A stretch of 64,000 nucleotides of DNA. It comes from Batkoa obscura. Taxonomy: Eukaryota. Positions 14,064 to 26,446 of the stretch are shown in pieces. Within the stretch, counting starts at the first letter, position 1. Every line of letters starts with the position of its first letter. The position numbers and the translations under genes were made by a program. The notes under the pieces were generated by a model. It was not told the origin of the DNA and made no database searches. It worked only from the letters and a program-made list of their open reading frames with translations. The stretch covers positions 496,001 to 560,000 of the forward strand of contig JASVEC010000003.1 of NCBI GenBank assembly GCA_030770535.1, given 5' to 3'.

Positions 14064-14833
14064 TTTTAAAATCAGTTGTAATTCAGGTGTTTTAAAAAAA
14101 ATATATTCTACCTAAAATGCCACTTCTGAGACATTTTATTTTTTGAATACTAACCAAATTTAAAATTTATAGTATGTTTGATATAGATAGACCCTATATT
14201 GACAATTATTTTTTATATAAATAAAAACACTCGTGGAGTGTTCTACATCAACTTCATTAATACTAGAGATTGGTTAAATATATTTGATTATAATAATTTA
14301 TTATTTTCAAATGGCCAATAAAAAAAATCATACATGCTATTTATTAATATTACAAATAAAATATACTAGTTTGCTCAGTCATAAAGCTTTTTAGTAAATA
14401 TTTAAGCTTTTTATTTTATGGAGTTTATTATAAATATATATTTTATATATATGAAATTTAATAAAAATTCCCAGATTAGCAAGGTTTTTATCAATATAAC
14501 TTATACATTAATATTAATTAAAGCTATAATATATAAATAAATATTTTAATAAAACTTTATTGAAAAATATTTATCATTAACTGCTTTATAGCTAATATTG
14601 CAAATTTGTTATTAAATAAATAAATAAACAACTTTAATATTATAATTATACTATTAATACATTAAGTTACTAAATGGCTGTATAAAAAAAACAGTTAGTA
14701 TGAAAGTTGGTCCTCAGTGATTAGGGTCAAAAAGCAGTTTTACTTAATTGACTACTGGCTGTAATTTAAAAAATCTTAGCTTATATAATTAAAATAAGCT
14801 CAAATTAACAAAGGTAGCATACAATAAGCTATG

Positions 14834-15353
14834 TGTGAAAGTTGATACTTAGTGGTTGGAGTTGAAAGCAGTTTTTGGTTGATTAACTAGCCTTGAGTCG
14901 AAAGGTCTTATTTTATGTAACTAAGATAGACTCAAACTAATAGGAGTAATACGTAATAGGCTATGAACTATGTAAAACAAATAGAATAGAAGATACTACT
15001 GTAAAATCTACGTGATATGTTATCAGAAATACTTAGTGGCTTTATTAATAGTACGATATCAGAGAATAATTCAATTAAAAAACATCAAGTTATTGTGTTG
15101 ATTAGCCTCTTTTATACTCCAACTGGGCGGCTATATGTAAGGAACATGATAGCAGTTGTTCCTTATTATAATTACCAGGTATGGACATTAAAACGTGGAT
15201 AATAAGTTCTTTGCAATTAGACGATAGAAATTCTCACAGCAAATCTAAATGAGTAACTCTGAATTGATTACAAGACTACAACTAGTTTTGTAAACAAGTT
15301 AAATGATTATTATGTTATAGTTAATCCGAGAGCTGATAGACCAATATTTCACA
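14834..15353 (+). mobile_element. Solo-LTR-like copy B (520 bp), 5-bp TSD CTATG
   Basis: Begins TGTGAAA and ends TTTCACA. CTATG at 14829-14833 and 15354-15358; removing B rejoins copy A. Confidence 0.82.
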
Positions 15354-15665
15354 CTATGCACTATATAAAACAAATAAAACAAAAGGTATTATTGTAAAAT
15401 TCATATAAAATACTATAAGATTTAGTGGCTCTATTAAAAATACAGTATCAGAAAACAATTTAATAAAAAAAGCCTGAGTTATTATATTAAAAACTTTATC
15501 TTATACTTTAATTAGGTAGCTGTATATTCAAGACACGATTATAGTTATAATTTATTATCTTAATAAATATAAATATCAACATGAGGAGATAGTGTTTTTT
15601 TATAATTAAATGGTAAAATTTTTTACAGTAAATCAATAAAAAACTCTGAATTAATTGCACCATAT

Positions 15666-15763
15666 GGGGATGTTTTTTTTGGTTTCATTATTTTTTTCAT
15701 TTTTAAGCGCTATTTGAGTGGAAAGATTGTTAGTAAAATTCTTAAACAGGAAAATACATCCCC
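15666..15763 (+). mobile_element. ~98-bp MITE, copy 1
   Basis: ATAT-GGGGATGT...ACATCCCC-AT. Its right flank is split by LTR copy C and resumes as CCCATATA at 16225. Confidence 0.85.
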
Positions 15764-15765
15764 AT

Positions 15766-16224
15766 TGTGAAATATTGCTTTATTTAGCTCTCAGATTGAT
15801 TATAACACAACAATCACTTAAGTTGTATTCTCAAGTTCAAACACAATCAATTCAGAGTCCCTTATTTTGATTTGCTGCGAGAATTTCTAACTTCATATTA
15901 CAAAGAGTATTATCTCCTTTTAATATCCATACTTATTGGAGTATAAAAGAGATTCTTCAATATGATAACTCGAGGCTTATTAATTGGATTACTCCCTGAT
16001 AACGTATCATTAGTAAAGTCACTAAGCCTTTCTGACAACATCTTACATAGATTTTTCAGTAGTATCTTCCATTGTATTTGTTTTACATAATTCGTAGCTT
16101 ACTACATACTATTTCTATTAAGTTAAGTCCACCTTAGTTACATAAACTAAGACCGTTCGACTCAAGGCAAGTTAATTAAGCAAGAGTAGCTTTTAACTCC
16201 AACCCTTGAATATCAACTTTCACA
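15766..16224 (-). mobile_element. Solo-LTR-like copy C (459 bp, inverted), 5-bp TSD CCCAT
   Basis: TGTGAAATATTG at 15766 and CAACTTTCACA ending at 16224. CCCAT at 15761-15765 and 16225-16229. The reverse complement aligns with copy B. Confidence 0.82.
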
Positions 16225-16421
16225 CCCATATAAGTCATAATTAATTACAAAGCTGATAAAGCAACATTTCGCATTGGCTTTAAAATTATAGTAAATTTTT
16301 TAATTTATCAGATACTGGATAATAATATAATTTATTATTATATTTTTGTTTTTTTATAATTTTAAAAATTATACTCATTTTGGTATTATTAACAATTAAA
16401 AATTAAACTATTATTTATTTT

Positions 16422-16514
16422 ATGAATTTTTTTATTTAAAAGTTTTACTAATAGCTTTTTCGCTTAAATAGTGCTTAAGAAATAGAAAAAGTGATAAAAC
16501 TAAAAAACGCTTTT
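16422..16514 (-). mobile_element. Heavily decayed MITE copy
   Basis: Reverse complement 'AAAAGCGTTTTTTAGTTTTATCACTTTTTCTATTTCTTAAGCACTATTTAAGCGAAAAAGCTATTAGTAAAACTT' aligns to the consensus mostly via G>A and C>T changes. Confidence 0.65.
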
Positions 16515-16626
16515 ATATAATATAAAAAAATTTAAAATAGTTTCTTGTATTTATTTATATATTAGTTATAAACTTTTTAAATAAAAGCTTTTAAATATTA
16601 AATTAATTAAATAATTTCCTGCATAT

Positions 16627-16724
16627 GGGAGGTATTTTTTTGGTTTCATTATTTTTTCCATTTTTTAAGTGCTGTTTGAGCGGAAAGATTGTTAGTAAAA
16701 TTCTTAAACAAAAAAGTACATCTC
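16627..16724 (+). mobile_element. ~98-bp MITE, copy 2
   Basis: ATAT flanks on both sides; core TTTGAGCGGAAAGATTGTTAGTAAAATTCTTAAAC. Confidence 0.85.
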
Positions 16725-17154
16725 ATATATTTATATATTATATATCTATTAAACATTTAATAAAAAATAATATAAAGCATATAATTAAAAAAATTAATTA
16801 TTTAAAAAAAAGACAGAATAAGTCTTTTGAGTTAAGTTTTTTTATTTAATTTTACTTTAAATTCAACTAATCATACATTAAGGATTTTAAATTTAGTTTT
16901 TAAATTTAGATTAATTTTTAATTAAATTCTGAAACCAATTTGGACATCCCCATTTAGATTTTAAAAAATATTTAAATCAGAATAATCTTAAAGTGAGTAT
17001 TGCAGTTTAAAGGAACATCAATATAAAAATACGTCTACGCTTTGACATCAAAATATTGTAGAACACTCAATTCCATATTTCAGTATAAAAATATAATTAA
17101 ATTTACTTCTTTAAAAAATACAATTTTTTTTATAAAAGATTATTTAAAAAATAA

Positions 17155-17217
17155 TTTATCCATTCAGCGACATTAAAAAATACCTATTTTTTTGCCAGTT
17201 TATCCATTTAGCGACAT
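17155..17217 (+). repeat. 19-bp direct repeat upstream of the MFS gene
   Basis: TTTATCCATTCAGCGACAT (17155-17173) and TTTATCCATTTAGCGACAT (17199-17217). Confidence 0.7.
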
Positions 17218-17530
17218 ATTAAAAGTCAATAATAAGATATAATTTATTGTTCATACTATTGATAAAATGCTAGATAAACCAATAAATATCAAGAATAATC
17301 AACTGTAAACTATACTTTTTCGGCTAATTTTGAAATAGTTTATATAAATGTTTAAAAATGATAGAAAATAATTTAAGCATTGTCCGAGGTTGTATTACTA
17401 AGACAATAAAGTAACGACATGTATCAAATGATTTTAAACACCATAAGAGTTTTCATAACGTTAGTATAATACCAATATATAAGGATTAAATGAAGATGAA
17501 ATCAAACTAAAAATAAATCAAAAACAAGAA

Positions 17531-18895
17531 ATGGCAGCAAAAGAAGAAGATTTTGGAATAAAACCAGAAACGGATCAGAATAAAGAAATAGAAAATTATG
17601 AATTATATAGCGTTAATCAACGTAGGTTTTATTTAGCAATTGTAGCTTTTGCAGGTTTAATGGCACCTATGTCTGCTACCATGTTCTTTCCTGCCTTAAT
17701 ACAAATTAAAGAAGATTTCCAAACAACTGATACATTAATTGATCTTACTGTATCTATTTTTGTGTTTGTATTAGCTATTGCTCCATTAGTTTGGGGTACA
17801 TGTGCTGACTTATATGGCCGTAGATGGGTATATATCACTGCTCAAGTAATATTTGCATTATCATGCGTTGGTTGTGGTTTATCGCCAAACATTGCAGTAT
17901 TTCTTCTCATGAGGGTATTTCAAGGTATTGGCTCCTCAGCAACTATAGTGCTTGGAATTGGTACTATAAGTGACATTTATCCACGAGATCAAAGAGGAAC
18001 AGCATTTGGTTTATTTTTTGTTGGCCCATTGATCGGACCTATTATTGGACCTATTATTGGAGGTTTTTTAGCACAATATTTGGGATGGAGATCGATCTTT
18101 TGGTTGATGATAGGATTATCAGGAGCTATATTAATTATTATGATTGTATTTTTAAAAGAAACAATGTCTGAAAGTAGAATGGAACCATTTCCAATTAAAA
18201 TAACCTTTTTTCCATTTTCATTTAAATTTAATGGCATATTATTTAATCCCTTCAAATCTTTGTATTATCTTAGATATCTTAATGTTGCATTGGGTTCTTT
18301 CTATACTGCTATTATATTTGCTTCTTACTATGGAGTTTCTACTTCTCAAAATCGTGCAATGTTTAATAATTATCACTTAACCGCGTCAACCACTGGATTA
18401 ACTTTTCTTTCGTTAGGTGTGGGTAATATTACAGGTTCTATATGTGGAGGAAGGGTATCGGATTTATTATTAAAACGAGCTATTAAAAAGTCAAAAAATA
18501 ATAAAGCTCAGCCTGAAATAAGACTGTATTCCTCTTTTATTGGCGCAATATCTATATTAATTGGACTGGCGTTAAATGGGTGGTTTATTCAATATCGATT
18601 CCATTTGGGTTTAGTTTTATTCGCTCAATTTTTAATTGGGTTTGGTATGACATATGCCTTTGGATGTACTTCAACTTATCTAATTGATTTATACCCAAAA
18701 TTTGCTGCTTCAATTACATCAGCTTCAAATTCTGTACGTATGATAGCATCGGGTATTATTGTCACTCTTAATTCAATCATTTTGGATAAATTAGATTATG
18801 GTTGGACATTTACAATGTTTGCATTTATGCATGGGGTTGGAATTGCTATCTTAATTGTATTAATAGCGTTTAGCTCAAAGTTTACACATTCATAA
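17531..18895 (+). CDS. MFS drug:H+ antiporter (DHA1; Qdr/Dtr1-like), intronless
   Basis: 454 aa with ~12 hydrophobic segments; motif A 'GTCADLYGRR', 'GPLIGPIIGPIIGG', 'WRSIFW', 'PEIRL'. Confidence 0.92.
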   Translation: MAAKEEDFGIKPETDQNKEIENYELYSVNQRRFYLAIVAFAGLMAPMSATMFFPALIQIKEDFQTTDTLIDLTVSIFVFVLAIAPLVWGTCADLYGRRWVYITAQVIFALSCVGCGLSPNIAVFLLMRVFQGIGSSATIVLGIGTISDIYPRDQRGTAFGLFFVGPLIGPIIGPIIGGFLAQYLGWRSIFWLMIGLSGAILIIMIVFLKETMSESRMEPFPIKITFFPFSFKFNGILFNPFKSLYYLRYLNVALGSFYTAIIFASYYGVSTSQNRAMFNNYHLTASTTGLTFLSLGVGNITGSICGGRVSDLLLKRAIKKSKNNKAQPEIRLYSSFIGAISILIGLALNGWFIQYRFHLGLVLFAQFLIGFGMTYAFGCTSTYLIDLYPKFAASITSASNSVRMIASGIIVTLNSIILDKLDYGWTFTMFAFMHGVGIAILIVLIAFSSKFTHS

Positions 18896-19501
18896 TAAAG
18901 AAATTTAATAAATTAAAAACAATAAAAAACTATTTCTCTTTGACTTATTTTTAATATAACTAATGACAGAAAAAATCTATTACCATGTTAGAATATCATA
19001 TTATCATATAACATATACTATATTATACTCAAATATTTGTCAGGGAATATGAAGATAATTACTTATTTTATTGAGTGGAGGGTGAACTGGAGTTTAAGAT
19101 GGTTTTAAGCAACTACAAATAAAGTATAAAAAAGAAAACAGATTTGAAAATAGACTAATTAGTTTATAGTTGATTTTATAACACTCTTATAATTTACTTT
19201 TATTGAAATAAAAAATTTCAGCCATTAATATAAAAAAATAAGAGCAAAAAACATTTCCAAAATTCTCTTTAGAACTTAAAATAAATACTTGATTTTACTT
19301 GTTTATCATGCTTTTTTTAATAAAATATATTAGATATATTTTTAAGACTTATTATTTATTTGTATTATTGCTATAAAATTAAGCAAATACTATCATATTT
19401 AAAGATATTTAATTATCATAAGTAAGCGAATTTAAGTTTTAAAAAAAGTTTATTGTTAAAAGTTTATTAGCATTAAACTCTAAAACATTTAATAGCCATA
19501 T

Positions 19502-19601
19502 GGAGGTGTTTTTTTTTGGTTTCATCACTTTTTACATTCTTTAAGCGCTATTTGAGCGGAAAGATTGTTAGTAAAATTTTTAAACAAAAAAATACATTCC
19601 C
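19502..19601 (+). mobile_element. ~98-bp MITE, copy 3
   Basis: ATAT at 19498-19501 and 19602-19605; matches the consensus. Confidence 0.85.
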
Positions 19602-20660
19602 ATATAGATTTATACAACAGTCATTGTATATTTTGTTTTTAAAAGAAGTTTCATAAACAGTTTTGTTGTCCTAGTGGTTCAATACGAATAACTCTAATCT
19701 TTATAGTATTTTCAGCAAAATAAATTGTAAAAATGTTAAGAATATAATATTAACTCAGGTATATAATTTTTTCAACCTATTTCTTCATTTTATTGTGGTT
19801 ATAGTTATCTTAAAAACTATTGTAAAACTCGTACTACCCTGTAAACGACTTAAAGCGTGGAGTTAGCAAAAGTGTCAAATTGATCTAAATCGTGATTTTG
19901 TATAAGTTTACTAATAAAATAAGCTATTACTTTTATAGTTGATTTTGACAAGTAAATTAGTGGTCCGACTCATGTGAATAACTAGGAGTACCTTTAAACA
20001 CAATAGATGTAATCCTCAAAGCAAGTGGACCATAAGCAAGCCAAGAATATGCAGTAATTAATCTTAAATAAAAGAATGCCTTTTTCGCTTCGGTATTTTG
20101 TCATTTTCTGGATAGCTTGAAACATGAAATTCAAAAACATATGTTTATAGGACTAGTCAAATGGTTATTATTTATAAATCACTTTTTAATATCAACAATA
20201 CACCTAAACATATATTTCATAGTTGCTGATATATCAAAAAGATATTCAATAGTAGTATATGCAGCATTTATTTAATTCAAGTTTTAATTTTATTCGGAAA
20301 TGAATTTTTGTCTACTAGTTTTATAATCTAAAAAACTTTTCTTTATAAACATTTATTATTGTAATATCCTATTTTTATTTTAGAACATTAAATTATACAA
20401 AGGTATTTTCATGAGTTATAAAAAAATTAACCACAATACAACTTTGTTTATTATAACACCTATCGTTAATATAACATAAAGTCTTAGTTTTAAAAAAGGT
20501 GGAAATATAAAAAATTTCAAATAAAAATTTACTCCCCGAAAATGGTTATTATTAAAGTAAAATAAAATAAAGCACTATTCTAAGGCAAAGTAGTCGTAGA
20601 AAAATTTAAAAGTAATTGTATAAGGAATAAAAATATAAATCCAAATTAGTACATTGTTAG

Positions 20661-23446
20661 CTAGCCAGACCAATTGTTAGGATAGCGTGTATTAGCATTA
20701 TTATGGTAGTGTTGCTGTTGTTGAGGGTGAGGGGCATGATTTTGATGATATGGAGGAATATGTTGAAGATGAGGAGGAACAGGTTGTTGATTAGGATATC
20801 CAAACATTTGGTTTTGTTGAGGGTAGTATGGGTGTGGATAATAAACAGATCCATCGTTAGGTACTCCTTGAGGTTGATATGGCATTCCACCGTATGGGAA
20901 GCCACCGTAACCCATTGGCGGCATTGGTTGAGGTGGGTGGGATGCTTCGCTAACACCTTGTTCAAATCCTTTGCCTTTTGTCTTATCATATGCATTATTT
21001 TGACCTAAAAAGATATTAATACATTAACATATAAATATTAAATCTAGATTACCTTGGAAGTTTTGATTATATGCATTAGGTTCTTGAGATGTATTGGATT
21101 GATTTTGGTTAAACCCATTTCCGTTTTCTTCATAATTTCCTAGAGACTTTTGTGCAAATTGAAGGGTATAGTTATTCCCATGCATGTATGGGTTATAATG
21201 GCCAGGTGGATAGTTATATTGACCATAATATGGCATATAATTATTTTGACCTTGTGGCATACCTTGATTAAGCATATGTGGCGGGTGCATACCATGGAGA
21301 TGGGGTTGGGGGAGATATCCAGGGTAATGAATAAAATGAGTTGGATGCATTGGGTTTTCTTGTGGGTTACCTTGTGGATTACCTTGTGGATTACCTTGTG
21401 GATTACCTTGTGGATTACCTTGTTGGTTGACTTGTTGGTTGACTTGATGTGGGCCCTCTGGGTTGCCTTGTGAGCCTTGAGGTTGATGGTTTTGAGTCTG
21501 GGCATTTTGCGTTTGGGGCGTTTCAGTAAATGTTTGTTCCTAAAATTACATTAATATTGATTGATTTGTTTGAACAAAAAAGTTACATTAGATTTAGGTT
21601 CTATGTCACCATTTTTATCTGCTAGAGTAACATCATTTTGATGACCGTTTTCATTGGCTTCGATATTCTGTTTAGATACTTCTTCGTTGGATACATGTTG
21701 AGGCTGTTGTTCGTTAGTTGCGTTATAACTATTTGCTGTGAAACTAGCTTGTCTAGCTGGAGCTACAGGTCTACTATTACTACGGGCTGGGTTTGGAATT
21801 CCTGGTGGACCGCCAACTGGGAGGCCAGGTGGAGGTACTTTTCCAGGGCCTGCTGGGGCAATTCCAGGTGGACCTTGCTTGACTGAATTGTCAGGTGACT
21901 TCAATGTTTCAGGGGCCCTATAAAAATTAGAATAAATAAATGAATATAACTGTATATTACTTTGCATATTCGTTGTCTTGTCTGATTTCTTGGGTATTGC
22001 CAGAATCGTGATTATCAACTCTATCAAATTTATCGCTAGCATCACTTATTCTAGAGGCAACAGACTTATTAAGGACAACCCCGCTCTCACTACCGCGAGA
22101 TGATGAGTTTGAGTGTTGGTCTCCGTTAGGTAAATGGTTAGTTGCGTCGTTTCCAATGGTGGCTTTTTCCTCGAGCATGGATGCCATAACTTCATCTAAG
22201 CAAATTTCGCCTCCATTTGAAGTGTTCTTGCTAAGATCTACTTCCCTTAGTGGTAAAGATTCTTCAGCGTTTTCGTCTGAGCTTTGAATTTTATTATTTA
22301 CACTTTCTTGCTCTGGGGCTTCCTTAGATTCTTTTTCATTAGTTTCACTCTCGTTTGATTTTACTTTTGTTCCTTTTACTCCCTTTGTTCCTTCATTAAT
22401 TGGTTTCTTTTCTTCAGTAGTTGATGGTTCAACCAAACCTTGTTTGCCTTCTTCCTTGCCTTGTCCATTTGCTACTACCTCAGATTCTGGTTTGGGTTTA
22501 GGTTTCTGTGAGCGACTATAATTTAAATTAAAAAATTGGTTTTATCTACTTAAAGTTTTATACTTACCTTGCTATTTTAGCCCATGAATTTTCAGGAATA
22601 GGGTTTGCTTCCTTTTTAACTGCTGTTTCTGACTTTCCATTTGTTGTTGGCCATTCTGATTCATCATTTAAATCTTTTATATTAGAACTGTTATTCTCTG
22701 AGGAACTTGGTTGCCTAGTATGTTTATTTGACGTAACATTCGAGTTTTCTTGACCTGAGCTTGATGTCCTTATCGCAGTTGGTTTACTATTAGCTATATC
22801 TCTTTTGGATGCTGCTTTAGCAATTCTTGATGCCCATGTACTTGCGGGAGGTGTATTTTGAACCTTTGTTGAAGAATTATTTGCTTCCTTTTGACCAGAA
22901 TCACTCGCTCCTTGTTCGGATGGTGTGAGTGTGCCTTCATCATTTATTCGATAGGTGATTTTTGCTGATTTACGCTCAGATTCACTTATAGGAGCTAAAA
23001 TAAATTAGTATGAAAAGTTTTTTTAAACAAATATAGTACTTTTTGTGTTTTTGAAATTCTTTTGGTTTATTGAACCTTTGGCTTTCTTAGATTCTTGTGG
23101 ACGGACTATTTTAGCAGGGATTTCTTCGGCTGGTTCTGTGAAGCTTTCTTTTTTAGGCTTGCGGGCTTTGACCTCACCCCATTGAGTAGCGAATCCTAAA
23201 ATATTAACAAATAAACATTTAAAAGCAATATCAAATACCTTCTGAAATGCGAGAGACGGCAAGTTCAAAGTCTCCTTGAGTATCTTGAAGCGTATATAAA
23301 AGGTCCTCATCAGACCAATCTGGGAATATTTCGTTTAATGAGGCTAAAATTTGAGAGTAGCGAGCACGTAATAAAGTGATTTCGTCTGACTCGTCTCTTA
23401 ATTTTCTAGGATAATAGTTCCGTTGACTTCTGGCGCGATGAGACAT
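20661..23446 (-). CDS. DEF1: Def1-like N-terminal CUE-domain protein with long low-complexity P/Q/N/Y-rich region
   Basis: 'LNEIFPDWSDEDLLYTLQDTQGDFELAVSRISEG' followed by 'ATQWGEVK' is the fungal Def1/UBAP2-type N-terminus. Multiple short introns. Confidence 0.72.
21355..21445 (-). repeat. Coding 12-nt tandem repeat (QGNP)n
   Basis: CCTTGTGGATTA is repeated on the + strand and encodes QVNQQVNQQGNPQGNPQGNPQGNPQGNPQENP. Confidence 0.85.
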
Positions 23447-24403
23447 TGTTATTATATTTGTTTTATTTTATATCAGTTGTTTTATATTCCCAAGGTTAGG
23501 TAATGAATTGTTTTCACTGTTATAGATCTTAAAAAAATTTCAATCTTTCCCTCCACTTTTTATGTTGAGTCATAACATTCTCCTATTGGGTGAAAGCACT
23601 TGCAGCAAAATGGATAAAGCAGATTTGATTCAAAGAAGGTCGCATTTTATTGGTTCAAAGCAACCAAGCTATTCATTATTGGCTTAGGCTGAGTGAAACA
23701 GCCTCATCAAAATGTAAACCAACCAATCTCATTTGATGTGGAATGCTTTACACTGTTTTTACATTAGGATCTCTCCGCAATAGATGTAACTAAATTAAGT
23801 ATTTTATGATTCTTTATGGGATTAGTTAATTCCCCGAATTTAATATGCTATATAAGATTAGTTGTTATTATATAGATATATTTAAATCAAAGAGATTCAT
23901 AGTGTAAATTAAGTTAGCATCTTGAGCATACAAATCTCACTATTTTATGAATTATCGTATAAAAAGTATAGTGTGAGGCATTTGATAATGAGATATCCTT
24001 TTATTTTTTGCTTAACTAAATTAATTCTACTTTAATATCAAGTGGTTTATTTGAATTCATAATACGTTTATAATACTTTTGACGATATTATATATATATA
24101 TTATAAATTACATATCCTAAGTTTAAAGTCGAATTTTAATGGGTTAAACTGCTATTTTAAATGTTTACATGTTGTTTTGTAATTTAGCCTTAATTCTATA
24201 ATAAAAAGTCTAGGGTATTTATTAATCACAATATTTTTATCTTAACAAAATATTTCAAGAAAGAGGTTAATTTTAGAAACATCGCAAGTATTGAAACAAT
24301 ATATAACAATAAATGTTACTATATTATATAATATAATTAAACTTTATTTTCAGTAACGGTGTTGCATACAAAAAATTAAAGTTAAAAACAAAAATTACCA
24401 TAT

Positions 24404-24501
24404 GGGGGTGTTTCTTTGGTTTCATTATTTTTTCCATTTTTTAAGCGCTATTTGAGCGGAAAGATTGTTAGTAAAATTCTTAAACACAAAAATACATCCC
24501 C
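24404..24501 (+). mobile_element. ~98-bp MITE, copy 4 (closest to consensus)
   Basis: ATAT-GGGGGTGTTTCTTTGGTTT...AAACACAAAAATACATCCCC-ATAT. Confidence 0.88.
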
Positions 24502-25180
24502 ATATAAAGCTTTATATTAAATTAAAATAAAGCATTCCAAATATTATCTATAAAGCAAAAACAATTTATAGTAAAGTATAAATGCTATATATATACTAAT
24601 ATTATTATAAGTCGAAAATCTATAACTGATATCACAATCTAAAATTTACTATACGAAAACACAAAAAATACAAAAATACAAAAACACGCTATTTCAGAAC
24701 AAATGTTAAAACCATTTTAAAGCTTGTAAACTCAGCTCATCTAGTTCACTTTTAGCAACTAATCTATTGTTATTAAAATTAATCAACTTTTCGCAGCTGC
24801 GAATCATGGCAATATTTCATAGTCCTAGCGAACTTGATTGGGGGTAATTTAGCTTAGTTCAGCTACAATTTAAAAGAACCAATTAGTTTGAGCGGATGGC
24901 TAAGTTTTCAAATGGGAAGAGAGTGTCAGGTTGGAGTATTTAAACAAACCAAATATTGTTTTTTATACTTAAATAGCTCACAAATATTTTTATATAAAAA
25001 TATTGGGGCTACTTCGTTAAAGGTATTAACCTATTTTATTACATGGTGCTATTAAAAGATATTGTTATATCTTATCCTTTTGTTTTATGACAAAATTGGA
25101 TAAAATTTGGAATATAAGTATTAACTTTTCAAAAGAGATAGAAAAAAGAAACCAATATTTATTTAGACTAATAAGTAAAA

Positions 25181-26446
25181 ATGTCAAACACTGTTGTGGT
25201 AATACACTATATTTTGTTTTAAATTTGTGCTAAGTTATAAAAGCCTACGGTTTATGGTCATATTATGAAAGAAGTCCTTAATAATGCCCAAAAGGAGTTT
25301 GAAGAAAATGGTATTGATTTAACAGTTTTACAAGAATTAGAAAAGGTACTTTTTTACATCAATTTAATGCTGTGATTGGGGTCACTTAAATACGTTATTT
25401 TACTATTTCCACAACATTAAATTAATCTTTAGCTCTGGGAGACCAAGTTATCAAACTCAAACGTGGCGGACTTCAATGCCTTTGTACCACGAGTTATATC
25501 AACTAGCAATCCAGCACCACCTGGACCTGGAGAAGATACCTATTCAAAATATTATGATACCGTAAATTGGTTTAAAGTTGAAATATAAGTTGATAACAAT
25601 TATTTATGTTAGATAAGCACTCAAGAGCGTACATACCCTCAAGCGAGTAACTCCACTTCTATAAGCTACAGTAGTTTAATGGAGCCTCATCCAAATGTAG
25701 AAAACTATGCAGCAGCCAATTTAGCAAACTTAGTCAATGTCAATAACACCAGCTCATTTCCTTCTCACAGTAATTCAGCAGTAACTAATGATGATTTATT
25801 TACTAAACGTAGTGCTCCTGCACCATACAAACCAGATTACCATAACTATTCACAAGATGCTAATTTTTCGAATAATAGCTCTGAATATTATAAGGACTCG
25901 AAACCAACTATCAATAGATTACCACAGTTAGATGGAGCAAATGATTTACCAGGAATGAAAAATGAGAAGAATATTAATGAAGATAAACTTTCAAGAGAAG
26001 TATGAATGAATGTAGTAAGTTTTATAACAAATTAATTAAATTCATTCTAGGAAGCAGATAAAATTTTAAACAAGAAAATAATGGAAAAGTATGGAAACAA
26101 AAACTTGAATCAATTAGATGGAGAGGGTGGTGAAGATGAAGATGAAGATGTATTAATGTTTTTTAAATTTAAAATTATATTTTAATTTAATTAGGATGCA
26201 ATTAATTCTGATCTAGATGATTCTGAAGAGGATGAAGGAGAAGATGGGGACAAAGATAGTGCTGAACATATTATCCTTTGTCAATACGATAAAGTATTAT
26301 AATATTTAATACCATAAAATGATCTAATAGACGTTTAGGTATCACGTACTAAAAACAGATGGAGATGCAATCTTAAAGATGGTATTATTCTTGTTAATGG
26401 AAAAGAATATTTATTCTCTAAAGCTACTGGGGAGTTTCAATGGTGA
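25181..26446 (+). CDS. TOA1: Transcription factor IIA large subunit
   Basis: N-terminal 'EFEENGIDLTVLQELEKLWETKL'; C-terminal 'AINSDLDDS..IILCQYDKVSRTKNRWRCNLKDGIILVNGKEYLFSKATGEFQW'. Confidence 0.93.

Larger units (their letters stand above)
14699..16273 (+). mobile_element. Old solo-LTR-like copy A, interrupted by three later insertions
   Basis: Segments 14699-14833, 15359-15661 and ~16232-16273 align colinearly with copy B. Ends are TATGAAAG..TTTCGCA (decayed TGTGAAAG..TTTCACA); its TSD is not clearly recoverable. Confidence 0.7.

Noticed and set aside
13733..14095. 120-aa ORF
   Set aside because: Runs antisense through tRNA-Pro and shows no protein features.
14834..16224. Single large TIR/foldback transposon
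   Set aside because: Each arm has its own 5-bp TSD and TG..CA ends, so they are independent insertions of one family.
15017..16849. Short ORFs 15017-15202 and 16625-16849
   Set aside because: They fall inside the LTR and the MITE, and their frames are not conserved in sister copies.
14236..17068. 12-bp inverted repeat GAGTGTTCTACA bracketing the repeat island
   Set aside because: It does not extend and has no TSD; compatible with chance.
19960..20055. Frame with several TAA/TAG codons that would read as Gln (recoding or pseudogene)
   Set aside because: Too short and without recognisable homology; real genes in the window use TAA/TAG/TGA as normal stops.
15666..24501. MITE copies as a CRISPR-like array or an RNA gene family
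   Set aside because: The copies are dispersed, in both orientations, with TIRs, TSDs and an empty site, in a eukaryotic context.
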